Made by a program: the position numbers and the translations under genes. A DNA stretch of 24,486 nt from a bacterium (GTDB taxonomy: Bacteria > Zhuqueibacterota > Zhuqueibacteria > Oceanimicrobiales > Oceanimicrobiaceae), in the NCBI GenBank assembly GCA_046757165.1, contig JBHHXT010000060.1:1-24486 (forward strand). Direction: 5' to 3'. The notes below the pieces were generated by a model. It worked only from the letters and a program-made list of their open reading frames with translations. It had not been told where the DNA came from and ran no database searches. Shown here in pieces: positions 1 to 7,600 of this stretch (its first letter is position 1; each line of letters opens with the position of its first letter).

Positions 1-2
1 TT

Positions 3-206
3 CCTTTGCTGGCTGGCGATCTTGAATTAGGTTTTCTGCCAGACGCCAGTCTGATTCGAATTCATGAGTTGTTTACAATCGAAAAGTCAAGAATTGTCAA
101 AAGATTCAGTTTCGTCAAAATGAAGAAATTGGACGAAACTTTGACTCTCCTCGGAAAACTCTTCCAGCCCATTTTGATGTTCTCGAGAGTTCTCGAGATA
201 AGGTAA
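3..206 (+). CDS. PemK/MazF-like toxin, 3' fragment (5' end outside window)
   Basis: LPDASLIRIHELFTIEKSRIVKRF resembles the C-terminal half of PemK/MazF endoribonucleases (S-x-I-R...IFTI-x-K-x-x-I-x-K). The last ~15 codons may be read-through into foreign sequence. Confidence 0.6.
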   Translation, partial: PLLAGDLELGFLPDASLIRIHELFTIEKSRIVKRFSFVKMKKLDETLTLLGKLFQPILMFSRVLEIR

Positions 207-327
207 CATTTGCTCTACGGCCTCTTTCAGTGCCGTCCATCCTACGAAGAGCTCGGCAGCGTCCGAGCCGTAGTTGACCCCGTGAAGCGGGGCATCATGG
301 GCATGATTCTTGAGAACAATTCCATAT
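165..327 (-). pseudogene. Frameshifted remnant resembling a SnoaL/NTF2-like protein
   Basis: Minus strand reads DMELFSRIM, then after a frameshift (A)HDAPLHGVNYGSDAAELFVGWTALKEAVEQMLPYLEN. It is interrupted by a 10-bp tandem duplication at 179-198. Family recognised from memory only. Confidence 0.4.
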
Positions 328-376
328 CGCTCCGGTTCAGCGGCGGCGCCGTCCGCTAGAACCGCTTTTATTAGGT
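322..376 (-). mobile_element. Degenerate integron attC-like site
   Basis: Minus strand ACCTAAT-AAAAGCGGTTCTAGCGGACGGCGCCGCCGCTGAACCGGAGC-GATATGG lies 9 nt after the stop of 386..661. The stem CGGTTC(T)AGCGG/CCGCTGAACCG has an extrahelical base. The R'' (RYYYAAC) and R' (GTTRRRY) boxes are both imperfect. Confidence 0.55.
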
Positions 377-385
377 CGCCTCGCC

Positions 386-661
386 CTATTTCTCTTCAAT
401 GATGTTGTAGACCTCGAAGACCGTTGGCTTCGCCTCGATACCCATCTCTTGCAGGATCGGCATCAGCTTTTCGCCAAAGGCGTCAAGCTTGGCCTGACTC
501 TCGAAGACGTCAATCACCTGTAGGCGCTGCCTGTCGCCATAGGCGATGTGGTACCTCTGTCCATCGGGGACTCTGAGGCCGATTTCCGTAAGCCGACGGA
601 TGACCTCGTCGTATTTGGATGCGGTCGCCCCATCCACTTCAAACATCACGAGTATTGCCAT
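386..661 (-). CDS. Small hypothetical protein, probably dimeric alpha-beta barrel (ABM-like), 91 aa
   Basis: Strong RBS AAGGAGG upstream. Motifs YDEV...PDG..YH.....VIDVFESQAKLDAF are typical of small ABM-like proteins. Confidence 0.75.
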   Translation of the reverse strand: MAILVMFEVDGATASKYDEVIRRLTEIGLRVPDGQRYHIAYGDRQRLQVIDVFESQAKLDAFGEKLMPILQEMGIEAKPTVFEVYNIIEEK

Positions 662-747
662 GTCGTCCTCCTTTCTTTGAATTTCGTAGTGTTTGATATC
701 ATCCTTCCCGCGACTTTCGCCGGATATGACAATTTTGGGTTTTTGAT

Positions 748-2457
748 TTATCCTCTGAGCGCATCAACAAAGATTCCCGGGATATGGCGAAACCCGGGGT
801 TTACTTCAAACCTGGCCAGTCTGCGCCCCACGGTGTGCGCCCGTTTGTGGGTCACAAACCAGGGTGGCTTCGGGGACAGGTGGAAATGGCCGTGCACCAG
901 CGCGCGTGGAAAGGGATGAAAATTAGCGTAAACCACGCTTTTTTGAGGTTTGTCAAACAAAAAGGCATTATGGACCACGCCGATGCCACTTTGGATATCT
1001 TCAGGAGTATGCCCTGGAAAGGCTCCCCAGGTGCACGAAGAAAGGAGGTAATTGACCCCGGTCCAGGCATTGACGCCGATTCCGCCATAGTTCAATTCAG
1101 CGATAAAACCTTCGAACCGTGAGCCAAGCTCTTTGATGGTTTTTGGGTGAATAATAATATTGGCGCCCAGCGTCCCACTCAATTTTTCATTACAGAATTT
1201 GATAGCGTTCTCAAGAAACTCACTGGCGTCAGAACCCGGCAAGCCGGTCTGCGCCAGGACACCGCCGAAAAATTCTTCTTTGAAACAGACCTCATCCTTT
1301 GCATATGCATCCAGTCCAGTGACCAGGGTTCGGGGAACATCCTTTTCCGGCGCATCTAAGATCTGTGCATTGGGGTGAGCCGCCACGACAGATTGTTGCC
1401 GGACCTTTGCCCTCGGATAATACGCTTTTCGGCGTGGAATCTCGGCAAATATCTTGCTGACGGCATCCAGAAGTTTTGCGCTTTGTTGCCATTCCTCAGG
1501 CAAGACCAGGACTTGCGAGGCAATGCAGTTGAACCCCGCATTGTGATACTTTTGAGTTGCAATATGTTCGGCATGGTAGCGGATATCGGCATCCGTCCAG
1601 GGTCCGGGGACCACGATGGTTGGCGAGCACCCTCCCAGCTCACTGGTAATGGGTTTGGTCAAGAGAGGTTTCTTAGTCTCCTTGCGCTTTTGACCTTCTC
1701 CTCCAGGACCGTAGACAATCGCATCATGGGTCAGATGCGAGCCGGTCACGTGAATTTCCTCGATACCTTCATGAGAGGTTAGGTACGCGCCGACCTCCGC
1801 TCCGCCATAAACAATGTGCAGAAAACCCGCCTGGATAAAAGGTTCGAAAATCTTTTCAAAAATCGGCCCCAAATATTCATTCACCGGATTCATTTTGAGA
1901 ATGCAGACCTGTCCTTCAGCAAACATCTTGTACAAAACATCAAGTGGTGGGATGCTTGAAATATTTCCAGCGCCTAAGATCAGCGTGACCTTCCCGTGAG
2001 GCGATTTTTGCTTGTAAAAGACAGCCATTGTGTCCGTGAGGTTTTCCCGCGTAACCCCGGACTGCATCCAAACCTCGGCGGTGACGCCATTCAATAAGAG
2101 TCTATCGAAGATGGTCAGCGGGAACACCGTTGCGACCACCTGGCCATCTGCTCGCGGACGAACAGAAGGCAGCTCTCTTTTTTGGCCTTTCTCGAGAGCT
2201 GCTAAGGTCTTCATCAAATTGGTCAAATAAGAAAGCACGGCCCAGGGACCGCTCATCCATTCCTCTCCAACGCCTGCCGTATTCTCAACAATTCCTTTTG
2301 CTTTCACGGCTTCCCCGGCCCAATGGGCAGCGTTCTCATCTATATTCTTCTGAAGTTGTTGAAGATAGCCGATTTTCTCTTTAATAGGTAAAGCAGCCCA
2401 CTCATGCTTATGTTTTTGCAGCGTGTTGACCATCTCATCCATTTTTGTTGTTTGCAT
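748..2457 (-). CDS. Aldehyde dehydrogenase family protein, 569 aa
   Basis: Motifs GAGN, LKMNP, HVTGS, catalytic Glu in ELGGCSP, catalytic Cys in NAGFNCIA, and EEFFG. RBS AAAGGA. Confidence 0.9.
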   Translation of the reverse strand: MQTTKMDEMVNTLQKHKHEWAALPIKEKIGYLQQLQKNIDENAAHWAGEAVKAKGIVENTAGVGEEWMSGPWAVLSYLTNLMKTLAALEKGQKRELPSVRPRADGQVVATVFPLTIFDRLLLNGVTAEVWMQSGVTRENLTDTMAVFYKQKSPHGKVTLILGAGNISSIPPLDVLYKMFAEGQVCILKMNPVNEYLGPIFEKIFEPFIQAGFLHIVYGGAEVGAYLTSHEGIEEIHVTGSHLTHDAIVYGPGGEGQKRKETKKPLLTKPITSELGGCSPTIVVPGPWTDADIRYHAEHIATQKYHNAGFNCIASQVLVLPEEWQQSAKLLDAVSKIFAEIPRRKAYYPRAKVRQQSVVAAHPNAQILDAPEKDVPRTLVTGLDAYAKDEVCFKEEFFGGVLAQTGLPGSDASEFLENAIKFCNEKLSGTLGANIIIHPKTIKELGSRFEGFIAELNYGGIGVNAWTGVNYLLSSCTWGAFPGHTPEDIQSGIGVVHNAFLFDKPQKSVVYANFHPFPRALVHGHFHLSPKPPWFVTHKRAHTVGRRLARFEVNPGFRHIPGIFVDALRG

Positions 2458-2517
2458 TCGTATTCCTTTCTGATGTTCTTGCGGACTCCCGCGGTTGCGA
2501 TTGTACGCCTATTGCTC

Positions 2518-2545
2518 ATTACGTAATCCACCATTTTCCGGATCA
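2518..2545 (-). promoter_or_regulatory. Candidate ECF (RpoE/ChrR-type) promoter for the aldehyde dehydrogenase
   Basis: Minus strand TGATCC-ggaaaatggtggatta(16)-CGTAAT, about 60 nt upstream of the ALDH ATG. Confidence 0.6.
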
Positions 2546-2807
2546 ACGTTGCTGTCGAAATAATTGCTGTGTCCAAGCAAACGCGCCGTGTTGTGAGAGG
2601 TCAAGCGGATGTACGTTGGCATGAGAATGCGGCGGCGAGTACCGGAACTGGCAGGGAGATGTTGTCGGAGATATCTTCCTGTTTTTTCTCGGAGGCTCGA
2701 GAGGCGGTGCTTGCGAAATCAGGAGGGCTGTCTAAGAGGTCAACTTTTTCAGTCATTTCCACGAAAGCTTTCGCAGGCGCCCGGCGTCGGCGCTATCGCT
2801 GACGTCG

Positions 2808-3389
2808 TTATGGATAAAACTCCACCTCCAGAAACCGAACGAACAGCACGCAGCCGGTTTCTGTGTCGGTGGGTTCATCCACGTATCCTGATTCAACGTG
2901 CCAGAAATCGCCTTCGGCGAAATGGATGTCATTGCTGACGCAGCTCCCTTCAACCACAAAAGTCGCCTCCTCTCCGCGGTGCACGTGTCTCGGCAAACGA
3001 CTGCCGGATGCCATCCTTACCAGGGCTGTTCGGTACCCCGTTTCGGGATCCTGGAACAAGGATTTGATCTCGATTCCCGGAAACAAAGGCTCCCAGGCTC
3101 TGGAGCCTGCACGTACAATTTCCGCTGCCGGCTGTTTTTGGTCGACACCTGGCCGGGCAGAGATTTGAGATAGAATGTTTTGTTTGACAAAGGCCGGTGG
3201 GGCTTTCGGCTGGCACTCGAGGGCGAGCGCCCCGGTCACGAGCTCGTATTCAGAAATCAGGCGATTGCATTCGTGACATCCTCCCTCGAGATGTCTGAGC
3301 ACTAACGTTCGCTCTTCTACAGAGAGGGCATTAAGGCCGAAGCCAGGCAGGAGTCTTTTTATTTCAGCATGTCTGACTTTTTCTTTCAT
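2808..3389 (-). CDS. ChrR-like anti-sigma factor (zinc-binding anti-sigma domain plus cupin), 193 aa
   Basis: ZAS-like HLEGGCHEC. C-terminal cupin: TALVRMASGSRLPRHVH..EEATFVVEG..GDF..GCVLF. Lies directly downstream of an ECF sigma. Confidence 0.85.
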   Translation of the reverse strand: MKEKVRHAEIKRLLPGFGLNALSVEERTLVLRHLEGGCHECNRLISEYELVTGALALECQPKAPPAFVKQNILSQISARPGVDQKQPAAEIVRAGSRAWEPLFPGIEIKSLFQDPETGYRTALVRMASGSRLPRHVHRGEEATFVVEGSCVSNDIHFAEGDFWHVESGYVDEPTDTETGCVLFVRFLEVEFYP

Positions 3390-3404
3390 CTGAATATCCG
3401 TTCA

Positions 3405-4019
3405 CTAAGCTTCTTTGTAGACCAGTAAAGCCTTTCTCAGTTTCGCCATCCCGAGCCGCATCCGGCTCTTGACGGTTCCAAGGGCTATTCCAAGTTCTTC
3501 AGCAATTTCAGTTTGCGACAATCCTTGCTCTTGTGCCAGACGAATCACGCTCATTTGTTCTTTCGGGAGCGTGGACAGGGCGTGCTCCACAGCCTGCTTG
3601 AGCTGTGCGAGATTGACCTCGGATAAAGGATTAGGCCCATAGTCATCGGTGTGAAACCTCAGGGGTATCTCATCGAGTGGAGCAAATCTCCTGGTTGAAG
3701 CCGACCGTGAGCGGAGAAGGTCGATACAATGGTTGCGGCACATCACGGTCATCCAAACCACAGGATGCCCGCGCCTCTTGCTGTACGCCCCCCTCTGTTT
3801 CCAAACCTTCAAGAAAACGTCCTGCAAAGCATCGGCTGCCGAGGTTTCGTCCCCAAGCAGTCTGACTGCCAGACCGTAGAGCCTGGCAGAATAGCGGTCG
3901 TAAAGAACGGCAAAAGCGTCCCGGTCACCCTCCATGACGCGTTCAAAGAGTTCGACATCGTCGGTGTGTTTCTCTGTCTGATTACCCATTTTGTCTGGCG
4001 ACGGATGCCAGTCTTCCAT
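3405..4019 (-). CDS. ECF sigma-70 factor (RpoE/SigK-like); start uncertain (4088, 4019 or 3989)
   Basis: Region 2: AFAVLYDRYS..LY....DALQDVFLKVW. Region 4: GLSQTEIAEELGIALGTVKSRMRLG. Confidence 0.9.
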   Translation of the reverse strand: MEDWHPSPDKMGNQTEKHTDDVELFERVMEGDRDAFAVLYDRYSARLYGLAVRLLGDETSAADALQDVFLKVWKQRGAYSKRRGHPVVWMTVMCRNHCIDLLRSRSASTRRFAPLDEIPLRFHTDDYGPNPLSEVNLAQLKQAVEHALSTLPKEQMSVIRLAQEQGLSQTEIAEELGIALGTVKSRMRLGMAKLRKALLVYKEA

Positions 4020-4168
4020 AGATGAAACTGGGTTACAAATTCCTGGAAGATAATAAGACCGAGGGATAACTGCAATTGATTTTCGCATGAAGGTTCTATG
4101 GGGCCGGTTGATGCACAGAATTTGGACGATGAAGTCGAGTACGGACTTAGTAGCTCAGAACTAAGTAA

Positions 4169-4196
4169 AGTACGAAACAACCAGACAATTCGATCA
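4169..4196 (-). promoter_or_regulatory. Candidate autoregulatory ECF promoter of the sigma/anti-sigma operon
   Basis: Minus strand TGATCG-aattgtctggttgttt(16)-CGTACT, with the same architecture as the motif at 2518-2545. Confidence 0.55.
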
Positions 4197-4256
4197 ACTG
4201 GTTCTTTATTCATCCGGGTTACGCGCAGGAATGGAGCAGGTTTGCGACGGAGGCCA

Positions 4257-5552
4257 TCAACGTTGAAAAATGAAGCGCTTCGCTTTCAGCTCGAACCGTG
4301 GCAGGCTGTTGTGAGCGACGGGCGTGACCGTTGGGCGCAAGTTGAGCGCATTCTTGATACGTGTTGCGACTTTGTTTGCAACTTCATGTTCATCGCAGCC
4401 AGCCGTGCATTCAATTTCAATACTCAAGACGTCCAACGCTCCCTGTCGAGTAACGGTGACCCGGTATTCTGTCACCTCGTCGACGGCCCGCACCAGATTC
4501 TCGATAGCGCTGGGGTAGACGTTGACGCCGCGCACGGTAAACATGTCATCCTGCCGGCCGATGACTCCACCCTGGCAACGAACGAAGGTGCGACCGCACT
4601 CACAGGTCTCGTTGGTCAACTTGACCATGTCTCCGGTGCGGTATCGAATGACAGGATAGCCGAATCGGCCCAGGTTCGTGAGCACCAGCTCGCCTTGCTG
4701 TCCGGTCGGTACGGGCTTGCCAGAATCAGGGTCGATGACCTCGGCGATAAACTCTGTTTCGTTGATGTGCGTGCCGCCAGGTTGTGCCTGGCACTCAAAG
4801 GAGTGTGCGCCGATCTCGGTGGCGCCGGCGTGGTCGTAGCATTTGGCGCCCCATGCCTCTTGGATGCGTTTTTTTATGGCCGGAATGTTGGCGCCCGGCT
4901 CACCGGCGTGGATAGAGGCGCGGATGGAGAGCGTGGCCAGGTCAAAGCCGGACTCCTGCGCCACTTCTGCCATGCGCAACGCGTACGTTGGGGTTGAGCA
5001 GAACGCGGTGCTCTCCGTGTCATGCATCAGCTTCAGGCGTTGCAGGGAATCCCCGCCTCCGCCCGGAATCATCATCGCGTTGATCTGGCGCGCACCTTCG
5101 ACCGCGGCCCAAAAGCCGATAAAAGGCCCAAACCCAAACGCAACAAAAAGCCGGTCTCTGGCACTCAAGCCGGCGCCGGCGAGAACAAACGCCCAGCACT
5201 TGCCCCACCACTGCCAACTCTCCGCCGTGTCCGGGACTTTCAGGGGAATTCCGGTTGTCCCGGATGTTTGGTGGAACCGGGTGTACGCGGTCTCAGGATA
5301 AGTCAAATTGCTCCCGAACGGTGGTTTGTCTGCCTGGTCCTCGAGCAACTGCTGCTTGGTAGTAAACGGCAATCTTTGCAGCGCTTCAAACGTGGTGAAA
5401 TCATCGGGTTCTGCGCCCAAATCCCGCAGCCGTTTGGTGTAGAAACCATTCTGTTGATGCAGCTCTGAAAGCAGCTTGCGCAGTTTTGCCAGTTGCAGCG
5501 AGGCGAGGCGTTCGCGGGGCATGATTTCAAGTTTTTTGTCGAAATAGGTCAT
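4257..5552 (-). CDS. Phenylacetate-CoA ligase family (PaaK-like) adenylate-forming enzyme, 431 aa
   Basis: Motifs LPFTTK, HQTSGTTG (AMP-binding loop), GEPG, DHAGATE, RYRTGD, GRQDDM..VRGVNVYPS and LPRFELKAKR. Start set at the ATG of MTYFDKK. Confidence 0.9.
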   Translation of the reverse strand: MTYFDKKLEIMPRERLASLQLAKLRKLLSELHQQNGFYTKRLRDLGAEPDDFTTFEALQRLPFTTKQQLLEDQADKPPFGSNLTYPETAYTRFHQTSGTTGIPLKVPDTAESWQWWGKCWAFVLAGAGLSARDRLFVAFGFGPFIGFWAAVEGARQINAMMIPGGGGDSLQRLKLMHDTESTAFCSTPTYALRMAEVAQESGFDLATLSIRASIHAGEPGANIPAIKKRIQEAWGAKCYDHAGATEIGAHSFECQAQPGGTHINETEFIAEVIDPDSGKPVPTGQQGELVLTNLGRFGYPVIRYRTGDMVKLTNETCECGRTFVRCQGGVIGRQDDMFTVRGVNVYPSAIENLVRAVDEVTEYRVTVTRQGALDVLSIEIECTAGCDEHEVANKVATRIKNALNLRPTVTPVAHNSLPRFELKAKRFIFQR

Positions 5553-5580
5553 TGCCAGGTGCTGTCCTCGGGTTCGGAGA

Positions 5581-5738
5581 AGGTAGATAGGCTGTAGGCT
5601 GTAGGAAGAGAATCGATGAGAGATCATACGAAACTTCAAGCTTTTGAGTTTGCTGACGAATTGGCATTGAACACCTTCAGCAACAATCAAGGTGTTGCGC
5701 AAAACCTAATGGCCTAAAAGTCTACAGTCTAAACACCT
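5581..5738. mobile_element. MITE-like element: heptamer-repeat inverted arms enclosing a four-helix-bundle gene remnant
   Basis: Left arm AGGTAGATAGGCTGTAGGCTGTAGG. Right arm (reverse complement) AGGTGTTTAGACTGTAGACTTTTAGG. The interior encodes MRDHTKLQAFEFADELAL. Confidence 0.55.
5616..5717 (+). pseudogene. Truncated four-helix-bundle protein (23S rRNA IVP / Avd-like family), 33 codons
   Basis: MRDHTKLQAFEFADELA matches the N-terminus I recall for this family (MRDHTKLRAFELADE). A C-terminus-like ATIKVLRKT* follows in another frame. Confidence 0.6.
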
Positions 5739-6961
5739 GATTCTACCGATTCCTGCCTTTCATGTTCATAGATCGTAGTTTTTGGGAAAAAATCTGACCA
5801 GCAGAACCAGAAAATCTTGTTATAATGCGGAATGGGGCGCAATCGCGTCCCATTCAGCTTGCCAGAAACACAGAGTCCGTCGATGCGCCACGTCGAGCGC
5901 GTTTCAAGGTCCTGGAATTTCTCAGCTTCAAGCGCGCGGAATGTGGCCGTCTGTCCCGCCTGGAGTTTTCTGGAGTAGAGTTGAACAAAATCGCCGTCGT
6001 CGGAGGCAAAGAAGACGACCGGCTCGTTGCCAATGGTATCCTCAATCGTTTTGGCGTCTTTGAACATGCTCAATGCGTATGCTCTTGCTTCACCCGCAAG
6101 CGTTACCCCGTTCACGTAAGCCTTCAACGGCAACCGCTGGTCGACCTGGTTTTGTAAGGGGTAAACAAGATCCGGGCTTGCCGGGTCGATGACCGACGCC
6201 CGTGCCAGCAGCTTGAGGTAAAAGGTGTCCCGCCACTCTTTGGGGCGAATCCACACCTTCGAGTCAGGGTACACCCGTTTCCATGACTGCAGGCTGGTCA
6301 TGACGGTAGGGAGGGGGGTGAGCTGGTTGTCCCCGTCTGTGGTCTGGTTGTAGATTTGCTGAAAAGCCAGATTTTTGTTCTTTTCATAAAACACCATGTT
6401 GTTGGCCACAGCAGACGAAATGCAAATATTTGGCCGGGCGAAATGACCGGACATTTCGTAGGCCATGGAGCTGTGGGCAAGGATACAATGCGTGGAGATG
6501 AAAGGGGTCTCTGAGTCGGTTTCGTACACGATGTGGGGTCGGCGCTGCAATCTCGCGACGTACGCAAAGGGCTTGCCGTGAGCATCCAGCACGCCTACGA
6601 TTTCCTCTTTCTCGCCGAAGCGTTTGATGGCCTCGTCGAGTGAAATGTGGATAGGGTCTCGTACGGGCTTGAACATGAGCCCCGCGTGCATCAAGAAAGC
6701 AAAAAAGGAAATGCCCCCAATGAGCACGGCGGCCGCAAGCACCACCCCTCTTGTGCTGTCGTGCTGCCAGGCCAGAAACCCTGACGAGGCGAGAAGGCCG
6801 AGGCTCAAGACGTAGACGGGGAGCGATAATTTGAACAGCAGGTACGCACCCCTTGGCGTGGCAGCCACTTTGTGGGTGAATTTCAGGATGCCCAACGAAC
6901 CCGGCAACAAGGCCAGGCCCGCCAGCAGAACAGATGCAATTGCGAGAAAAAAAGCTGTCAT
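5729..6961 (-). CDS. DUF3179-like protein with N-terminal transmembrane helices, 410 aa
   Basis: RBS GGAGG. Three hydrophobic N-terminal segments. Motifs NNMVFYE, TSLQSWKRVYPDSKV, GEARAY, FQDLETRSTW..DG....G.L.G..L and FWFCWSDFFPKT. Confidence 0.7.
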   Translation of the reverse strand: MTAFFLAIASVLLAGLALLPGSLGILKFTHKVAATPRGAYLLFKLSLPVYVLSLGLLASSGFLAWQHDSTRGVVLAAAVLIGGISFFAFLMHAGLMFKPVRDPIHISLDEAIKRFGEKEEIVGVLDAHGKPFAYVARLQRRPHIVYETDSETPFISTHCILAHSSMAYEMSGHFARPNICISSAVANNMVFYEKNKNLAFQQIYNQTTDGDNQLTPLPTVMTSLQSWKRVYPDSKVWIRPKEWRDTFYLKLLARASVIDPASPDLVYPLQNQVDQRLPLKAYVNGVTLAGEARAYALSMFKDAKTIEDTIGNEPVVFFASDDGDFVQLYSRKLQAGQTATFRALEAEKFQDLETRSTWRIDGLCVSGKLNGTRLRPIPHYNKIFWFCWSDFFPKTTIYEHERQESVESGV

Positions 6962-7280
6962 TGATATCCCTCCGGACCGCTAGCTGTGGTTACGCCTTAG
7001 TTTTGTCCCAGACTCTACCCCTGCCGTCACCCACTTGGTGGGAAAAGTCCCCATTAACGAATCGATCCTACTCAGTCTCTGACTGTGTATTCCAGGCAGG
7101 TCAATTTGCTCTAAAACACGGTTAGAGACCGTGTTGCGCCCGTCCCGGCGGCGGCCTCTGGTCGTTCTGGCGGACCGCCGGGCCGCGCCGCAGGCGCCCT
7201 GTTCCCCTCCTGGGAACCGGGGATGGGAACTGGCGTGGGTCTTTTCATTGTTTTCCCCAATGGTCGTTGATTCACCACTC

Positions 7281-7362
7281 GTAGCCGCCACCCCTTGTGG
7301 GTGGCTGTATCTGCCCCGATGGTGATTCAGGTTCATTGTGCCCCACAAGGGGGCATGGCTAC
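7281..7362. repeat. GTAG-type REP doublet (REPIN-like)
   Basis: GTAGCCGCCACCCCTTGTGGGTGGC ... GCCCCACAAGGGGGCATGGCTAC: inverted pair with GTAG/CTAC ends; the first unit is itself a hairpin. Confidence 0.55.
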
Positions 7363-7576
7363 TGATCGGTGGTGGTTCGACATCCGTCAGTGTTCCCTTA
7401 TCCCCCTTATCCCAAAATACAAGTTAGCCAAAGCTTGGACATCTCCAGGAAACGATGTTCATACTTTAGCGTGTTTCCCGCCCCGCCCCCGCAAGCTGAA
7501 GCTTGAACACCGGCCCCCCCATCGTCGCTTGCCAGGAGGGGACTACCAGCAGTGCTTCAGCGTCCTTGCAAATCTG

Positions 7577-7600
7577 AGCCGCGGGATTCATTCCGCGGCT
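7577..7600. terminator. Hairpin immediately after the SusD-like stop
   Basis: AGCCGCGG-GATTCATT-CCGCGGCT, a perfect 8-bp stem. There is no good U-tract, so it may be a REP or stability hairpin. Confidence 0.4.

Noticed and set aside
5553..5702. 50-aa N-terminal extension of the PaaK-like ORF
   Set aside because: It is the antisense reading of the four-helix-bundle relic; family similarity starts at MTYFDKK (5552).
6980..7348. 122-aa minus-strand ORF between susD-like and DUF3179-like genes
   Set aside because: Low-complexity translation across REP and GC-rich hairpins; no RBS or motifs.
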